From NCBI GenBank assembly GCA_934255455.1, contig CAKQNS010000005.1:1126-65125 (forward strand): a stretch of 64,000 nucleotides of DNA. The letters are read 5' to 3'. Positions 30,652-40,122 of this stretch are shown here, in pieces (the first letter of the stretch is position 1; every line of letters starts with the position of its first letter). The translations under genes were made by a program, and so were the position numbers. The notes below the pieces were generated by a model. That model searched no databases. It was not told the DNA's origin and was given only the letters and a program-made list of their open reading frames with translations. The DNA comes from an uncultured Alphaproteobacteria bacterium (GTDB taxonomy: Bacteria; Pseudomonadota; Alphaproteobacteria; Rs-D84).

Positions 30652-31091
30652 GTCAATCTTTGCATGATTTAATTGATGCGCAAAATGCCAAAAAATTTGC
30701 GACTGATGCCGGCACTGCCGCACATGCGCGGATGCGGCATATTGTAATTGATGGGGATGTGTTGCGTGGCGATGCCGAAACCGTCGCACGTGTGCGCAAT
30801 CGTGCGGACTTGATGCCGTTTTTTGGTTCGCACGCATTGACCGAGGTTCCCGTTGCCGGGCGTATTCGTGGCAAATTTATCAGTCGTCGAATTGACCGTA
30901 TGGTTGTAAATGAATCTGACAAAACCGTTCTGATTATGGATTATAAAACCGATGTAAATCCGGATAATTTACGCGATGCATATTATGCCCAGGTTCGCGA
31001 ATACATGGAATTGGTGCGACAAATATATCCCGGATATTCGGTGCGTGGGTACATTTTGTGGCTGCATAATTTTGTGTTGGAAAATGTGTAA
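30648..31091 (+). CDS. addA: PD-(D/E)xK nuclease domain, the C-terminal module of AddA in a separate overlapping ORF
   Basis: RecB-family nuclease motifs (GRIRGKFISRRIDRMVV...LIMDYKTD). It begins ATGA, overlapping the stop of the helicase ORF, and is in a different frame. Confidence 0.65.
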   Translation: MSQSLHDLIDAQNAKKFATDAGTAAHARMRHIVIDGDVLRGDAETVARVRNRADLMPFFGSHALTEVPVAGRIRGKFISRRIDRMVVNESDKTVLIMDYKTDVNPDNLRDAYYAQVREYMELVRQIYPGYSVRGYILWLHNFVLENV

Positions 31092-31133
31092 AATATCTTG
31101 AATTGGGGCGGGGCAAATCGCTATAATTTCGGC

Positions 31134-32792
31134 ATGCTGATTGGATTAAACATTTCTAATATCGTATTGATTGAAAAACTGAATTTGGAATTCGGTGGTG
31201 GATTGAATGTGCTGACCGGGGAAACAGGCGCCGGGAAAAGTATTTTGCTGGATGCATTGTCGTTGGCGTTGGGTGCGCGTTCTGATGCGGGGCTGGTTCG
31301 TCATGGGTGTGATTTGGCGTCGGTTATCGCGGAATTTGATGCGTCGCCGGAATCGCTGAACCCATTGTTTGATGAATATGCAATTGATGTGTCGGATGGG
31401 AACCTGATATTGCGGCGCACATTGACCGCCGACGGGAAAAGCCGCGCGTGGATAAACGACACACCTGTTTCGATTAAGATATTAAAGCAGGTTGGTGATG
31501 CATTGGTTGAAATACATGGGCAATTTGCAAACCATACATTATTGAATCCGGCAACGCATCGCACGACACTGGATGATTTTGGTTGTGCAAATATTGATGG
31601 GTATGCGGCATTGCTGGAATCGGTGCGCGATGCCTATGGCGAATATCACGCGGCAACGCGTCGATTGAACGAGTTAAATGAATTGCTGGCGCGGGCCGAG
31701 TCTGAACGTGATTTCTTAACGCATAATGTTGCAGAATTGCGCGCGCTGAATGTGCGCCCAGGCGAAGAAGATGAATTGGCCGCGCGTCGCGCTGCAATGA
31801 TGAACACCGAAAAAGACGCCGCCATTTTGTCCGATGCAAACGAAGCATTGTCCCCGCGCGGGGCATCGTTGGATGAACAATTGTTTTCGGTGGCGCATAT
31901 TTTGGAACATATTAAAACCGAACCTAACCCGTACCAGGCACAGATAGATAAATTGTATGATGTTGCGCAATCGGTGTCTGAAATTGCCGCCGCGTTGGCA
32001 CCCGTTGAAATTGATACAGACAACATAGACGCGGTCGAGGAACGGTTATTTGCCATTCGTGCTGCGGCGCGCAAGCATCGCGTGTCGGCGGATGAATTGC
32101 CGGCAAAACTGGAACAAATGGCCACGGCATTAAATGCCATTGATAATTCTGATGCCGAATTAAAACGTGTGCGTGCCGCCGTCAGTGCGAAAAAGCAAGA
32201 ATTTGAAAAGTACGCAAATAATTTGACACAAATGCGTGCGGCGGCGGGCGAACAATTGCGCACGCGCATATTGGCCGAATTACCCGACTTGAAACTGGGC
32301 CAGGCCGATTTTATGGTGCAAATTGATACGGTCGCACCAAATGCATCAGGCGCCGATGATATAGTATTTATGATAAAAACAAATCCTGGTATGCCGTTTG
32401 CACCATTGCATCGTGCGGCATCTGGTGGCGAATTGGCGCGTTTGATGTTGGCGTTGCGCGTGGTGTTGGCGAATAATCAATCGTCACACACATTTGTTTT
32501 TGACGAGGTTGACACCGGTATCAGTGGCGCCACCGCCAGTGCGGTCGGGTTGCGTTTGAATAAATTGGCATCTGCATCCCAGGCGTTGGTCATAACCCAT
32601 TCGGCCCAGGTTGCCGGATTTGCGAATCATCATTTCAAAATTGAAAAGAATGTTGAAAACGACAAAACCACAACCACAGTGCATGAAATTTCGGGCAACG
32701 CGCGACTGAATGAAATTGCGCGCATTATCAGTGGTGCGGAAATAACACCGGAATCGTTGGCGACCGCGCGAACTTTAATCACAAACGAATAA
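31134..32792 (+). CDS. recN: DNA repair protein RecN
   Basis: MLIGLNISNIVLIEKLNLEFGGGLNVLTGETGAGKSILLDALSLALGARS. Coiled-coil middle. C-terminal signature SGGELARLMLALRVVL and Walker B FVFDEVDTGISG. Confidence 0.9.
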   Translation: MLIGLNISNIVLIEKLNLEFGGGLNVLTGETGAGKSILLDALSLALGARSDAGLVRHGCDLASVIAEFDASPESLNPLFDEYAIDVSDGNLILRRTLTADGKSRAWINDTPVSIKILKQVGDALVEIHGQFANHTLLNPATHRTTLDDFGCANIDGYAALLESVRDAYGEYHAATRRLNELNELLARAESERDFLTHNVAELRALNVRPGEEDELAARRAAMMNTEKDAAILSDANEALSPRGASLDEQLFSVAHILEHIKTEPNPYQAQIDKLYDVAQSVSEIAAALAPVEIDTDNIDAVEERLFAIRAAARKHRVSADELPAKLEQMATALNAIDNSDAELKRVRAAVSAKKQEFEKYANNLTQMRAAAGEQLRTRILAELPDLKLGQADFMVQIDTVAPNASGADDIVFMIKTNPGMPFAPLHRAASGGELARLMLALRVVLANNQSSHTFVFDEVDTGISGATASAVGLRLNKLASASQALVITHSAQVAGFANHHFKIEKNVENDKTTTTVHEISGNARLNEIARIISGAEITPESLATARTLITNE

Positions 32793-32823
32793 GTAAAAAT
32801 AAAGGCCGTATACGCGGCCTTTG

Positions 32824-34062
32824 TTAAATCTGTAATATCCCGTCGGCAAATTCAATTGATGCAATTCTGGGGGCGTTTTCGGCGCGCGCAATGATATTAT
32901 TTTTGTCGTCGCGTGCAATTGCATAACCGCGCGCCAATACATTTTTATAACTAAGCGAGTTCAACATCTGTCCCAAATGGCCAACCGATTGATTCAAAGT
33001 CGCCATTTTGTTCTGCAATATGTTTTGCAGCGTTGCAACCGTGTTCATTTTTTGATGTGCGGTGGTCAATGCGCCCGTTATAAAAATGTTCATCGTGCGC
33101 GATATGTCGTCCAAACGCTGGGCCTGCTCCATAACCATTTGGCGCGGACTTTTAATAGTAATTGAATCAATACGCGATTTTGCGTTTACCAAACGAGTGG
33201 TGAAATTTGACGACATACGATGCCACATATTGTCCAAATCTTGGAACAATGACAGTTTCGTCGGCACCACAGTTTCGGCCGCACCGGTTGGGGTTGGGGC
33301 GCGCACATCGGCGGCAAAATCAATCAGCATCCAATCGGGTTCGTGTCCAACACCGGAAATCAGTGGAATGTGGCTGGCCGCGGCGGCGCGTACAACAATT
33401 TCTTCGGAAAAAGGCAACAGGTCTTCCAAACTGCCGCCACCACGCGCAACGATGATTACATCAACATTATTTGCGCGATTAAAATATTCAATACCGGCGG
33501 CAACCTCGGCCGCGGCGGTGGCGCCTTGAACCGTTGCCGGGTACAAAATAACGCGCACTGGGAATCGTTCGCGCAAACGGTTTTGAATGTCTTGGAATGC
33601 GGCGCCGGTCGGGCTGGTCACAACGCCGATGGTCTGGGGCAGGCGTGGCAACGGCTTTTTACGCGATGCGTCAAACAGTCCCTCGGCCGCCAATTTGCGT
33701 TTGCGTTCTTCCAGCATTTTCAGAATTGCACCAACGCCCGCCATTTCGATTTCGCTGACGATAATTTGGTAATTGCTGCGTGCCGGATATGTCGTAAAAC
33801 GACCGGTTATTATAACCTCCAGTCCATCGTCCAATTTGAACGGAATCGGCGTGCTGCGCCATATAATTGCAGATATTGCGGCGCCAGCATCCTTTATCGT
33901 CATATATATGTGACCCGATGTTGCACGCGTAATTTGCGACAATTCGCCACGGATTTTTATGCGCGGAAATGCGGTTTCAACAACGCCCTTTAACAGTGCC
34001 GATGCATCAGACACACTAAACACGGTGTCAGGTTGTACTAATGGTTCTGGTTTTTCCAACAT
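32824..34062 (-). CDS. xseA: Exodeoxyribonuclease VII large subunit
   Basis: OB-fold N-terminus (VFSVSDASALLKGVVETAFPRIKIRGELSQ) and catalytic region VDVIIVARGGGSLEDLLPFSEE. Confidence 0.85.
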   Translation of the reverse strand: MLEKPEPLVQPDTVFSVSDASALLKGVVETAFPRIKIRGELSQITRATSGHIYMTIKDAGAAISAIIWRSTPIPFKLDDGLEVIITGRFTTYPARSNYQIIVSEIEMAGVGAILKMLEERKRKLAAEGLFDASRKKPLPRLPQTIGVVTSPTGAAFQDIQNRLRERFPVRVILYPATVQGATAAAEVAAGIEYFNRANNVDVIIVARGGGSLEDLLPFSEEIVVRAAAASHIPLISGVGHEPDWMLIDFAADVRAPTPTGAAETVVPTKLSLFQDLDNMWHRMSSNFTTRLVNAKSRIDSITIKSPRQMVMEQAQRLDDISRTMNIFITGALTTAHQKMNTVATLQNILQNKMATLNQSVGHLGQMLNSLSYKNVLARGYAIARDDKNNIIARAENAPRIASIEFADGILQI

Positions 34063-34551
34063 TTATCGATTATCCAATGCTTGTTTAATTTCCTGCATAA
34101 ACATTTTTTTATTTGGGGTGCGCATTTCGCCAACGGGTTTATTTATAGGGGATGCAACCTCGTACGGGACATGCAATGGCGCAAATGTATCGCATGTTGT
34201 ATCAAATACCAAGTTATGCGAGCGTTCACGATTAAACACAACCGGTGCATATTCCCATGTTCCCAGTTTTATCGCGGATGGTTCCCATATTGTGTCGCCC
34301 CCATACAGTTCATAAATACATATCGTGGATAATGCACAAAATCCCTTGGGCCACGGGGTAAAGCCCATAAATTGCATATCACCAATATATCTGTCACGAA
34401 ACAGGTGGTCGGCATATTTACTGCGCAACACGTATGTGATATCGTGCAATGTGTATTGTGCATCAAAGCGTTCCAACGCAAATCTGTCGATTTGTGTTGC
34501 CAAATCCAGCAACCGTTCGGTTGCGGCGTTATATCGTCTTACATAATCATC
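34063..34551 (-). CDS. Hypothetical protein
   Basis: ORF between xseA and tsaD. No recognised motifs. Start chosen at MDDYV. Confidence 0.4.
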   Translation of the reverse strand, partial: DDYVRRYNAATERLLDLATQIDRFALERFDAQYTLHDITYVLRSKYADHLFRDRYIGDMQFMGFTPWPKGFCALSTICIYELYGGDTIWEPSAIKLGTWEYAPVVFNRERSHNLVFDTTCDTFAPLHVPYEVASPINKPVGEMRTPNKKMFMQEIKQALDNR

Positions 34552-34590
34552 CATGCCGAATATTATACCACAAAACGCCAAAATATTCAA

Positions 34591-35718
34591 TTACAATTCG
34601 GTCAATGGCCAACGCGGGCGCGGTGCGATTGGCGTTGTGACAATGCGTCCCAAACGATAGTTTTCAATGCCCGCCCATGCAATCATCGCGCCGTTATCGG
34701 TGCACAAATTCATTGGTGGGGCGGCAAATGTCATATTGTGTTGCGTGGCCAATTGTTCCATTGCAGCACGAATAGCGCTGTTTTTCGCAACACCGCCGGC
34801 AACAACCAATGTTTGTGGTGCGGCCGCGACAACGCGCGCATCGTGCATTGCATTATTCAAACGATTGATAATGCAATCAACAACCGCCGATTGAAATGAT
34901 GCACAGAAATCATTTATAAATTCATCACTGTGTGGGGCGGAATTTTTATCCAAAAATGTGCGCGCCGCAGTTTTTATACCGCTGAACGAAAAATCACATC
35001 CGGGTTTATCGCACAATGGACGCGGAAAATGAAACGCGTTTTTGTTTCCCTGTTGTGCGCGCTGGTCCACAATTGGGCCGCCTGGATACCCCAATCCCAA
35101 CATTTTTGATACTTTGTCAAATGCTTCGCCCGCGCTGTCGTCTAATGTTTGACCAATCATTTCATATTGACCAACACCGCGTACCAACAATATTTGACAA
35201 TGCCCGCCCGATGCCAGCATCAGCAAATATGGAAATTCAACCGATGTTTTTCCATCGCCACCATTTGCCGCCGCCGCGTGCAAACGCGGAACCAGGGCGT
35301 GCCCCTCCAGATGATTGACCGCAACCAATGGTTTGCCAGTCGCCTGGGAAATGCCGGTGGCGGCCATCCATCCAACTAACACACCGCCAATTAAACCCGG
35401 GCCCGCGGTCGCAGCGATAACATCAATATCATCAATTGTTTTGCTGGCCTTGTCCAATGTTTGGCGAACAACGGTGTCAATTGCCAATATATGCGCGCGT
35501 GCGGCCAGTTCTGGAACCACACCTCCGTATTTCTGGTGCTCGGGTATTTGCGAATAGATTATATGCGACAAAATATTACGATCAGAATCCACAATTGCTG
35601 CCGATGTTTCGTCGCACGACGATTCAATCCCCAGGCACAGCACCGGTCGCCCATCGCCATGATGCGCATCACCCGCCATATTGCCCATATCCATACGAAT
35701 CAATTTTTCATCAGTCAT
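34591..35718 (-). CDS. tsaD: tRNA N6-adenosine threonylcarbamoyltransferase TsaD (Kae1/Gcp)
   Basis: LCLGIESSCDETSAAIV, HLEGHAL, ...GGVAKN motifs. The N-terminal roughly 25 aa may be over-called. Confidence 0.85.
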   Translation of the reverse strand: MTDEKLIRMDMGNMAGDAHHGDGRPVLCLGIESSCDETSAAIVDSDRNILSHIIYSQIPEHQKYGGVVPELAARAHILAIDTVVRQTLDKASKTIDDIDVIAATAGPGLIGGVLVGWMAATGISQATGKPLVAVNHLEGHALVPRLHAAAANGGDGKTSVEFPYLLMLASGGHCQILLVRGVGQYEMIGQTLDDSAGEAFDKVSKMLGLGYPGGPIVDQRAQQGNKNAFHFPRPLCDKPGCDFSFSGIKTAARTFLDKNSAPHSDEFINDFCASFQSAVVDCIINRLNNAMHDARVVAAAPQTLVVAGGVAKNSAIRAAMEQLATQHNMTFAAPPMNLCTDNGAMIAWAGIENYRLGRIVTTPIAPRPRWPLTEL

Positions 35719-36406
35719 TTTTTATTCCCAATAATGTTACACCCAAATTGTTTTTATTTTTCCGGCGTTGTGATATATATTCGTAAAAATCTTCATCAAC
35801 AACGCGGCCGGTCGTGCTGGATGCGTGACGCAGCACGCCGCCCGGCAATAAAAATCCCATGTGTACAACCGCCAAATCGGTGCCTATTTTTTCGGCGCGT
35901 GCGGCCGATTTATCAACAATGAACAGCACAATCAACGGTTCGGTATTGTCAATTTTGTCGATGTTTGCATACGGAATATATACCAGGTCGGTTTCCGTCA
36001 CTGCGTCGCCGGATTCAATATTATGAACGCGTCGCATCCACGAAGCGCGGTCAATCATAACATGGCGCAGGGCGGTTTTGCCGTATTTGCGACTGGCATT
36101 ATACACAATGTTGGAATTGTTTGGAATCCATTCGGTTTCAATAAAATGATTGCGATTCATAAAATCAATTTCGCCATTTTTATATCTGATTTTATTTAAT
36201 TTTTCTGTGTCGCCATCGGCCAATGCCGTTTCAACAAATGTTGTGCAATCAAATGCGTCGGTTCGAATCAACGGATCGGTGTCTGGGGCACGCATTTCAC
36301 CCAATGGGTCGGCAACATACGACGCACCAATGTATTTGTCGCCAATGGTGTTGTGTGCGCACGCAACGCACCCGCCCAGAATAAAAGCCAACAACAACCG
36401 TTTCAT
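35711..36406 (-). CDS. Hypothetical lipoprotein
   Basis: MKRLLLAFILGGCVACA lipobox signal. Start taken at this internal Met of the longer track ORF. Confidence 0.5.
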   Translation of the reverse strand: MKRLLLAFILGGCVACAHNTIGDKYIGASYVADPLGEMRAPDTDPLIRTDAFDCTTFVETALADGDTEKLNKIRYKNGEIDFMNRNHFIETEWIPNNSNIVYNASRKYGKTALRHVMIDRASWMRRVHNIESGDAVTETDLVYIPYANIDKIDNTEPLIVLFIVDKSAARAEKIGTDLAVVHMGFLLPGGVLRHASSTTGRVVDEDFYEYISQRRKNKNNLGVTLLGIKND

Positions 36407-36408
36407 TT

Positions 36409-36771
36409 TTACTGATATTGTTTTATTTGTGCGCCCGTATAACACAACGATACCGCGTCGCGCACCGCCATTTCGTCGGCGCCATCCAGCGATGCGATTT
36501 TGTCCACACACGCAACCAATAAATCGTTGTTATCGGCGCCCGCGGTAAGTACCCGCACGGCCGCCGCGCGGCGTTCGACCGGCGCCTTTTTCCATGTGCG
36601 CAAATCACCCGATTCCAAACTGCTGGAATGCATAGATGCAAAGAACGACGCCGCAACCACTATAATCGCGGCCGCGCCAATAAATATTTTCACGCCGCGG
36701 CGGAATGTGCGCTTGAATTCACTTTTGGGTGCGTCTGTCACGGGTTGTACGGTTTGTGTTTCATTATCCAT
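36409..36771 (-). CDS. Hypothetical membrane-anchored protein
   Basis: Single TM (IFIGAAAIIVVAASFFASM) after a hydrophilic N-terminus. Confidence 0.45.
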   Translation of the reverse strand: MDNETQTVQPVTDAPKSEFKRTFRRGVKIFIGAAAIIVVAASFFASMHSSSLESGDLRTWKKAPVERRAAAVRVLTAGADNNDLLVACVDKIASLDGADEMAVRDAVSLCYTGAQIKQYQ

Positions 36772-36783
36772 TTGCGACCTCCG

Positions 36784-37131
36784 TTATTCGCATTTTACCA
36801 ACCATAAATCATAATCAGCGTTTTGTAATGGATTGTTGCCGGGTTCGTTGCGGCTCATCCAGCCACCAAATATTTGTCCATCGGTGGATTTGGTAATCTC
36901 GATAAAGGCAAAGAAATCTTCGGCCTGGAACGGGTCGGTCTGTTTGCACGCGCGCACGGTAATATCCAATTTTTCAAATTTGGTCGGCGTGTCTACGGGC
37001 ACAACCAGTGTTTGCACCTTGCCGGCGGCCTTGTCCATAACGCGCAATGTTGCGGTGTTGCGGTCAATATACGCATTTGCGGTGCCAGTACACATTATAA
37101 AAATCAACAAAAATCCGAATATTTTTTTCAT
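36784..37131 (-). CDS. Small secreted hypothetical protein (possibly DUF2155-like)
   Basis: Signal peptide MKKIFGFLLIFIMCTGTANA. About 115 aa. Confidence 0.45.
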   Translation of the reverse strand: MKKIFGFLLIFIMCTGTANAYIDRNTATLRVMDKAAGKVQTLVVPVDTPTKFEKLDITVRACKQTDPFQAEDFFAFIEITKSTDGQIFGGWMSRNEPGNNPLQNADYDLWLVKCE

Positions 37132-37234
37132 ACCAAATATATTACATTTGGTGTGATGTAATGTCAAATTGTTATATTAAACAAAAAACACCGCCAATGG
37201 CGGTGCTTTGGATTTTATATTTTGCGATGCAAAA

Positions 37235-37624
37235 TTATTTGCTGGCCTTTTCAGCAGATGTGGCCGACAAATCTTCAACAATACGGGCCTTTTTACCAGA
37301 CAGACCACGCAAGAAGAACAATTTTGCACGGCGAACGCGACCAATACGAACCTTTTCGATTTTTTCAATCGCTGGGCTGTACAATGGAAATTTACGTTCA
37401 ACGCCAACACCATACGCTTCGCGGCGAACTGTAAACGACGCATTGTTTCCCATGCCGCCATCGCGTGCGATAACAACACCTTCGAAAACCTGGATACGGA
37501 ATTTGTCGCCATCTTTGATTTTGACATATACCTTTAATGTATCACCGGCCTTGAATACAGGGATTTTTTTGTCAGCTTTCAGTTTTTCAACTTGTGCCGC
37601 TTCGATTTTTTTAATGATGCTCAT
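37235..37624 (-). CDS. rplS: 50S ribosomal protein L19
   Basis: [35 protein letters not shown]...FTVRR. Confidence 0.9.
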   Translation of the reverse strand: MSIIKKIEAAQVEKLKADKKIPVFKAGDTLKVYVKIKDGDKFRIQVFEGVVIARDGGMGNNASFTVRREAYGVGVERKFPLYSPAIEKIEKVRIGRVRRAKLFFLRGLSGKKARIVEDLSATSAEKASK

Positions 37625-38307
37625 TTTTCATTTTCCTTTATTAAATCCGGACGACGTTGTTTTGTTAAATCGTCCGACTGTTGTTTCCGCCACCGTTCGA
37701 TATTGCCGTGGTGACCGGACAGCAGGACTTCTGGGACATTGTGTCCACGCCATGCTGACGGGCGGGTGTATAACGGCCATTCCAGCCCCCCGATTTCAAA
37801 ACTTTCGTTTGCGGTGGATTCATTTCCACCGTGCAGTACATTATCCATCAAGCGGACGCAACTGTCAATAAAAACTTGGGCGGCGATTTCACCGCCGGAC
37901 AGTATATAATCGCCAATAGATAATTCCGTTATATCATATTCGTCGATAATGCGTTGATCTATGCCCTCGTACCGGCCACACAACAATGTATATGTTGCAT
38001 TCCGGTCGGCGGCAAATTCACGCACCATTTTTTGATCCAACCGCGGGCCGCGCGGCGAAAAATATATAATTTTGCCGCGATTTTGCACGGAATCAATCGC
38101 GTTGCCCAATGCGTCGGGACGCATAACCATACCCGCGCCACCGCCAAATTGTTCGTCGTCAACACTGCCATAATTATTTATGGCAAAATCACGAATATTG
38201 ATTGCATCATACGACCATACACCGCGCTCCAACGCACGTCCAACAACGCCACCGGACAATGTGCCCGGGAACATTTCTGGAAAAATGGTCAGTATATTAA
38301 AGTGCAT
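37621..38307 (-). CDS. trmD: tRNA (guanine37-N1)-methyltransferase
   Basis: [36 protein letters not shown] motifs. Confidence 0.9.
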   Translation of the reverse strand: MHFNILTIFPEMFPGTLSGGVVGRALERGVWSYDAINIRDFAINNYGSVDDEQFGGGAGMVMRPDALGNAIDSVQNRGKIIYFSPRGPRLDQKMVREFAADRNATYTLLCGRYEGIDQRIIDEYDITELSIGDYILSGGEIAAQVFIDSCVRLMDNVLHGGNESTANESFEIGGLEWPLYTRPSAWRGHNVPEVLLSGHHGNIERWRKQQSDDLTKQRRPDLIKENEK

Positions 38308-38310
38308 TTC

Positions 38311-38631
38311 TTAACGTGTTTTTTGATGTTCGTATACCCGGCAAGGCTCAGGATAGTCCGATGTTGCGCGCAATATACGGCCATTTACGCTGACAAATCG
38401 GCCGATACAATACGGCGCGTCGCCATTGGTTTCCATCATTGGGCATTTTGCATCATGTGGAATAATGCGGCGCCCCCACGTGTCAACCGGGTAATCCATA
38501 AATTGTTTGCAAACATGCACGCATGCACAATAGTGTGTGCCGTCGATAATGCTGGGCTGTTTTGGAACAAAAATTCTCTGTTCATCAGATTCTAATTCAG
38601 ATTCTGATATAAATGGTTTGGGAATCAGCAT
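38311..38631 (-). CDS. Novel small Cys-rich ORF inserted between rimM and trmD
   Basis: 106-aa ORF tightly packed (3-nt and 11-nt gaps) inside the conserved rpsP-rimM-trmD-rplS operon. Cys pattern YCACVHVC...KCP...YCIG...PC suggests metal binding. Confidence 0.5.
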   Translation of the reverse strand: MLIPKPFISESELESDEQRIFVPKQPSIIDGTHYCACVHVCKQFMDYPVDTWGRRIIPHDAKCPMMETNGDAPYCIGRFVSVNGRILRATSDYPEPCRVYEHQKTR

Positions 38632-38642
38632 TTTATGTTTCC

Positions 38643-39107
38643 TTATATTGTAATGGTTCGTGCGTCCATATCAACCATGGCCCCGGCAAAAGACACCATT
38701 TCCCCGTTATCCAGTTCAATAATGTCGCCCGCGCCATAGTTCTGAAAACACGCGACCGTACCGATTGATTCGCCCCCCCGCAATACCACAAATCCAATCA
38801 AGTCCGATTGATAATATTCACCCGCGCCCAGTTCGGGCAGGGCATCGCGCGAAATAAACAATTCTGTTCCGCGCAGTGTTTCCGCGTCATTGCGGGTATC
38901 AATCCCGTCAATGCGCGCAATAATAACATCAGATGTCGGCGATGCGCGACGCACAAAATGAAATGCACCCGGCGCAAACCGGTCGCATATTATTTCAAAA
39001 TGTTGAAAGTCCATTGGACTGGCGGAAAAGGTTTGAACACGAACCTGACCCCGAATACCCTGGGGAGCGACGATTTTTCCAACCAAAATTTGCGCATTGT
39101 TCGACAT
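38643..39107 (-). CDS. rimM: Ribosome maturation factor RimM
   Basis: ILVGKIVAPQGIRGQVRVQTFS; PRC barrel C-terminus. Confidence 0.85.
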   Translation of the reverse strand: MSNNAQILVGKIVAPQGIRGQVRVQTFSASPMDFQHFEIICDRFAPGAFHFVRRASPTSDVIIARIDGIDTRNDAETLRGTELFISRDALPELGAGEYYQSDLIGFVVLRGGESIGTVACFQNYGAGDIIELDNGEMVSFAGAMVDMDARTITI

Positions 39108-39155
39108 AATAAATCCTGAAAAATGCGCCCACAAATGCGGGCGCATTTGGCAAAA

Positions 39156-39599
39156 TTATTCAGCAACTTCTTCGGTTGCAGCTGGTGCTTCTTCGGCTGG
39201 CGCTTCGGCTGCGGCCTTGGCAGCTGCTTCGGCGGCCGCTTTTTCTTCGGCAATTTTTGCCAATTTTTCGGCCTTGTCTTTAATCTTCATTTGGGTCTTT
39301 TCAGACTGCAAATGTTTCTTTGTTTGAACTGGAACTGGTTTCGCAGTTGCCAAACCGGCCTTGACCAAGAAACGATATACACGGTCAGATGGTTTCGCAC
39401 CCTTTGCAATCCAGGATTTAATCTGTTCAACATTCAACACAACGCGTTTTTCACTGTCGCGTGGCTGCATTGGGTCATATTTACCAACGGTTTCCAATGT
39501 GTTGCCAGAATTACGCGCATTGCGTGAATCTGTGACGACGATGTGATAATATGGGCGTTTTTTTGCACCGAAACGCGCCAAACGAATAACAGTTGCCAT
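39156..39599 (-). CDS. rpsP: 30S ribosomal protein S16 with Ala/Glu-rich C-terminal extension
   Basis: [32 protein letters not shown], then a C-terminal [23 protein letters not shown] tail. Confidence 0.9.
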   Translation of the reverse strand: MATVIRLARFGAKKRPYYHIVVTDSRNARNSGNTLETVGKYDPMQPRDSEKRVVLNVEQIKSWIAKGAKPSDRVYRFLVKAGLATAKPVPVQTKKHLQSEKTQMKIKDKAEKLAKIAEEKAAAEAAAKAAAEAPAEEAPAATEEVAE

Positions 39600-39835
39600 A
39601 ATTTTGCTCCTTAGTATTTTTAACTGTTTGCCCACAACAAAAAACCATCATCAAGAGCGAACACTCGCCGGTTGATGTTCCACACGCATACCGCGTACTG
39701 GGATTATATAAATGGCAATCTGTTGGGATTTGCGGACATATTATGTACCTTTATATGCCAAAAGTCAAATATTTATTGATTTGCCCTGGACAAACATTCG
39801 TATTTAGTATAGAATCATCGGCGACAAAACAAATC

Positions 39836-39909
39836 GCGGGCGTAGTATAATGGTAGAACGAAAGCTTCCCAAGCTTTAGGCGAGGGTTCGATTCCCTTCG
39901 CCCGCACCA
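39836..39909 (+). tRNA. tRNA-Gly (anticodon CCC)
   Basis: GCGGGCG-TA-GTAT-AATGGTA-GAAC-G-AAAGC-TTCCCAA-GCTTT-AGGCG-AGGGT-TCGATTC-CCTTC-GCCCGC-A-CCA. Confidence 0.85.
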
Positions 39910-40110
39910 AGAATCAAACCGACCTTGTGTCGGTTTTATTTTTGGCATGTGGTGACGGAATAGAACCCGACCCGAGGGTTCGAAAACAAGTAGATTTTGC
40001 AAGTGAAACGCCGCGAAATCGTCACGGTTTGCCCGCAGGCATTTTAATGCCGAGGGATTCCCTTCGCCCGCACCAAGAATCAAACCGACCTTGTGTCGGT
40101 TTCGCTTTTT
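39910..40110 (+). repeat. Degenerate duplications of the tRNA-Gly 3' half plus its downstream hairpin (att-like scar)
   Basis: 40051..40101 repeats cgaggg(-ttcg)attcccttcgcccgcaccaagaatcaaaccgaccttgtgtcggttt, which is tRNA positions 49 to the 3' end plus the 30-bp flank. A second fragment, cgagggttcgaa, sits at 39971..39985. Confidence 0.7.
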
Positions 40111-40122
40111 TACACATTCACA

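Noticed and set aside
31646-32269. 207-aa minus-strand ORF
   Set aside because: It is antisense to recN and Ala/Ser-rich.
39751-40083. 110-aa minus-strand ORF
   Set aside because: It is the antisense translation of tRNA-Gly and its duplicated fragments (…RRESNPR…).
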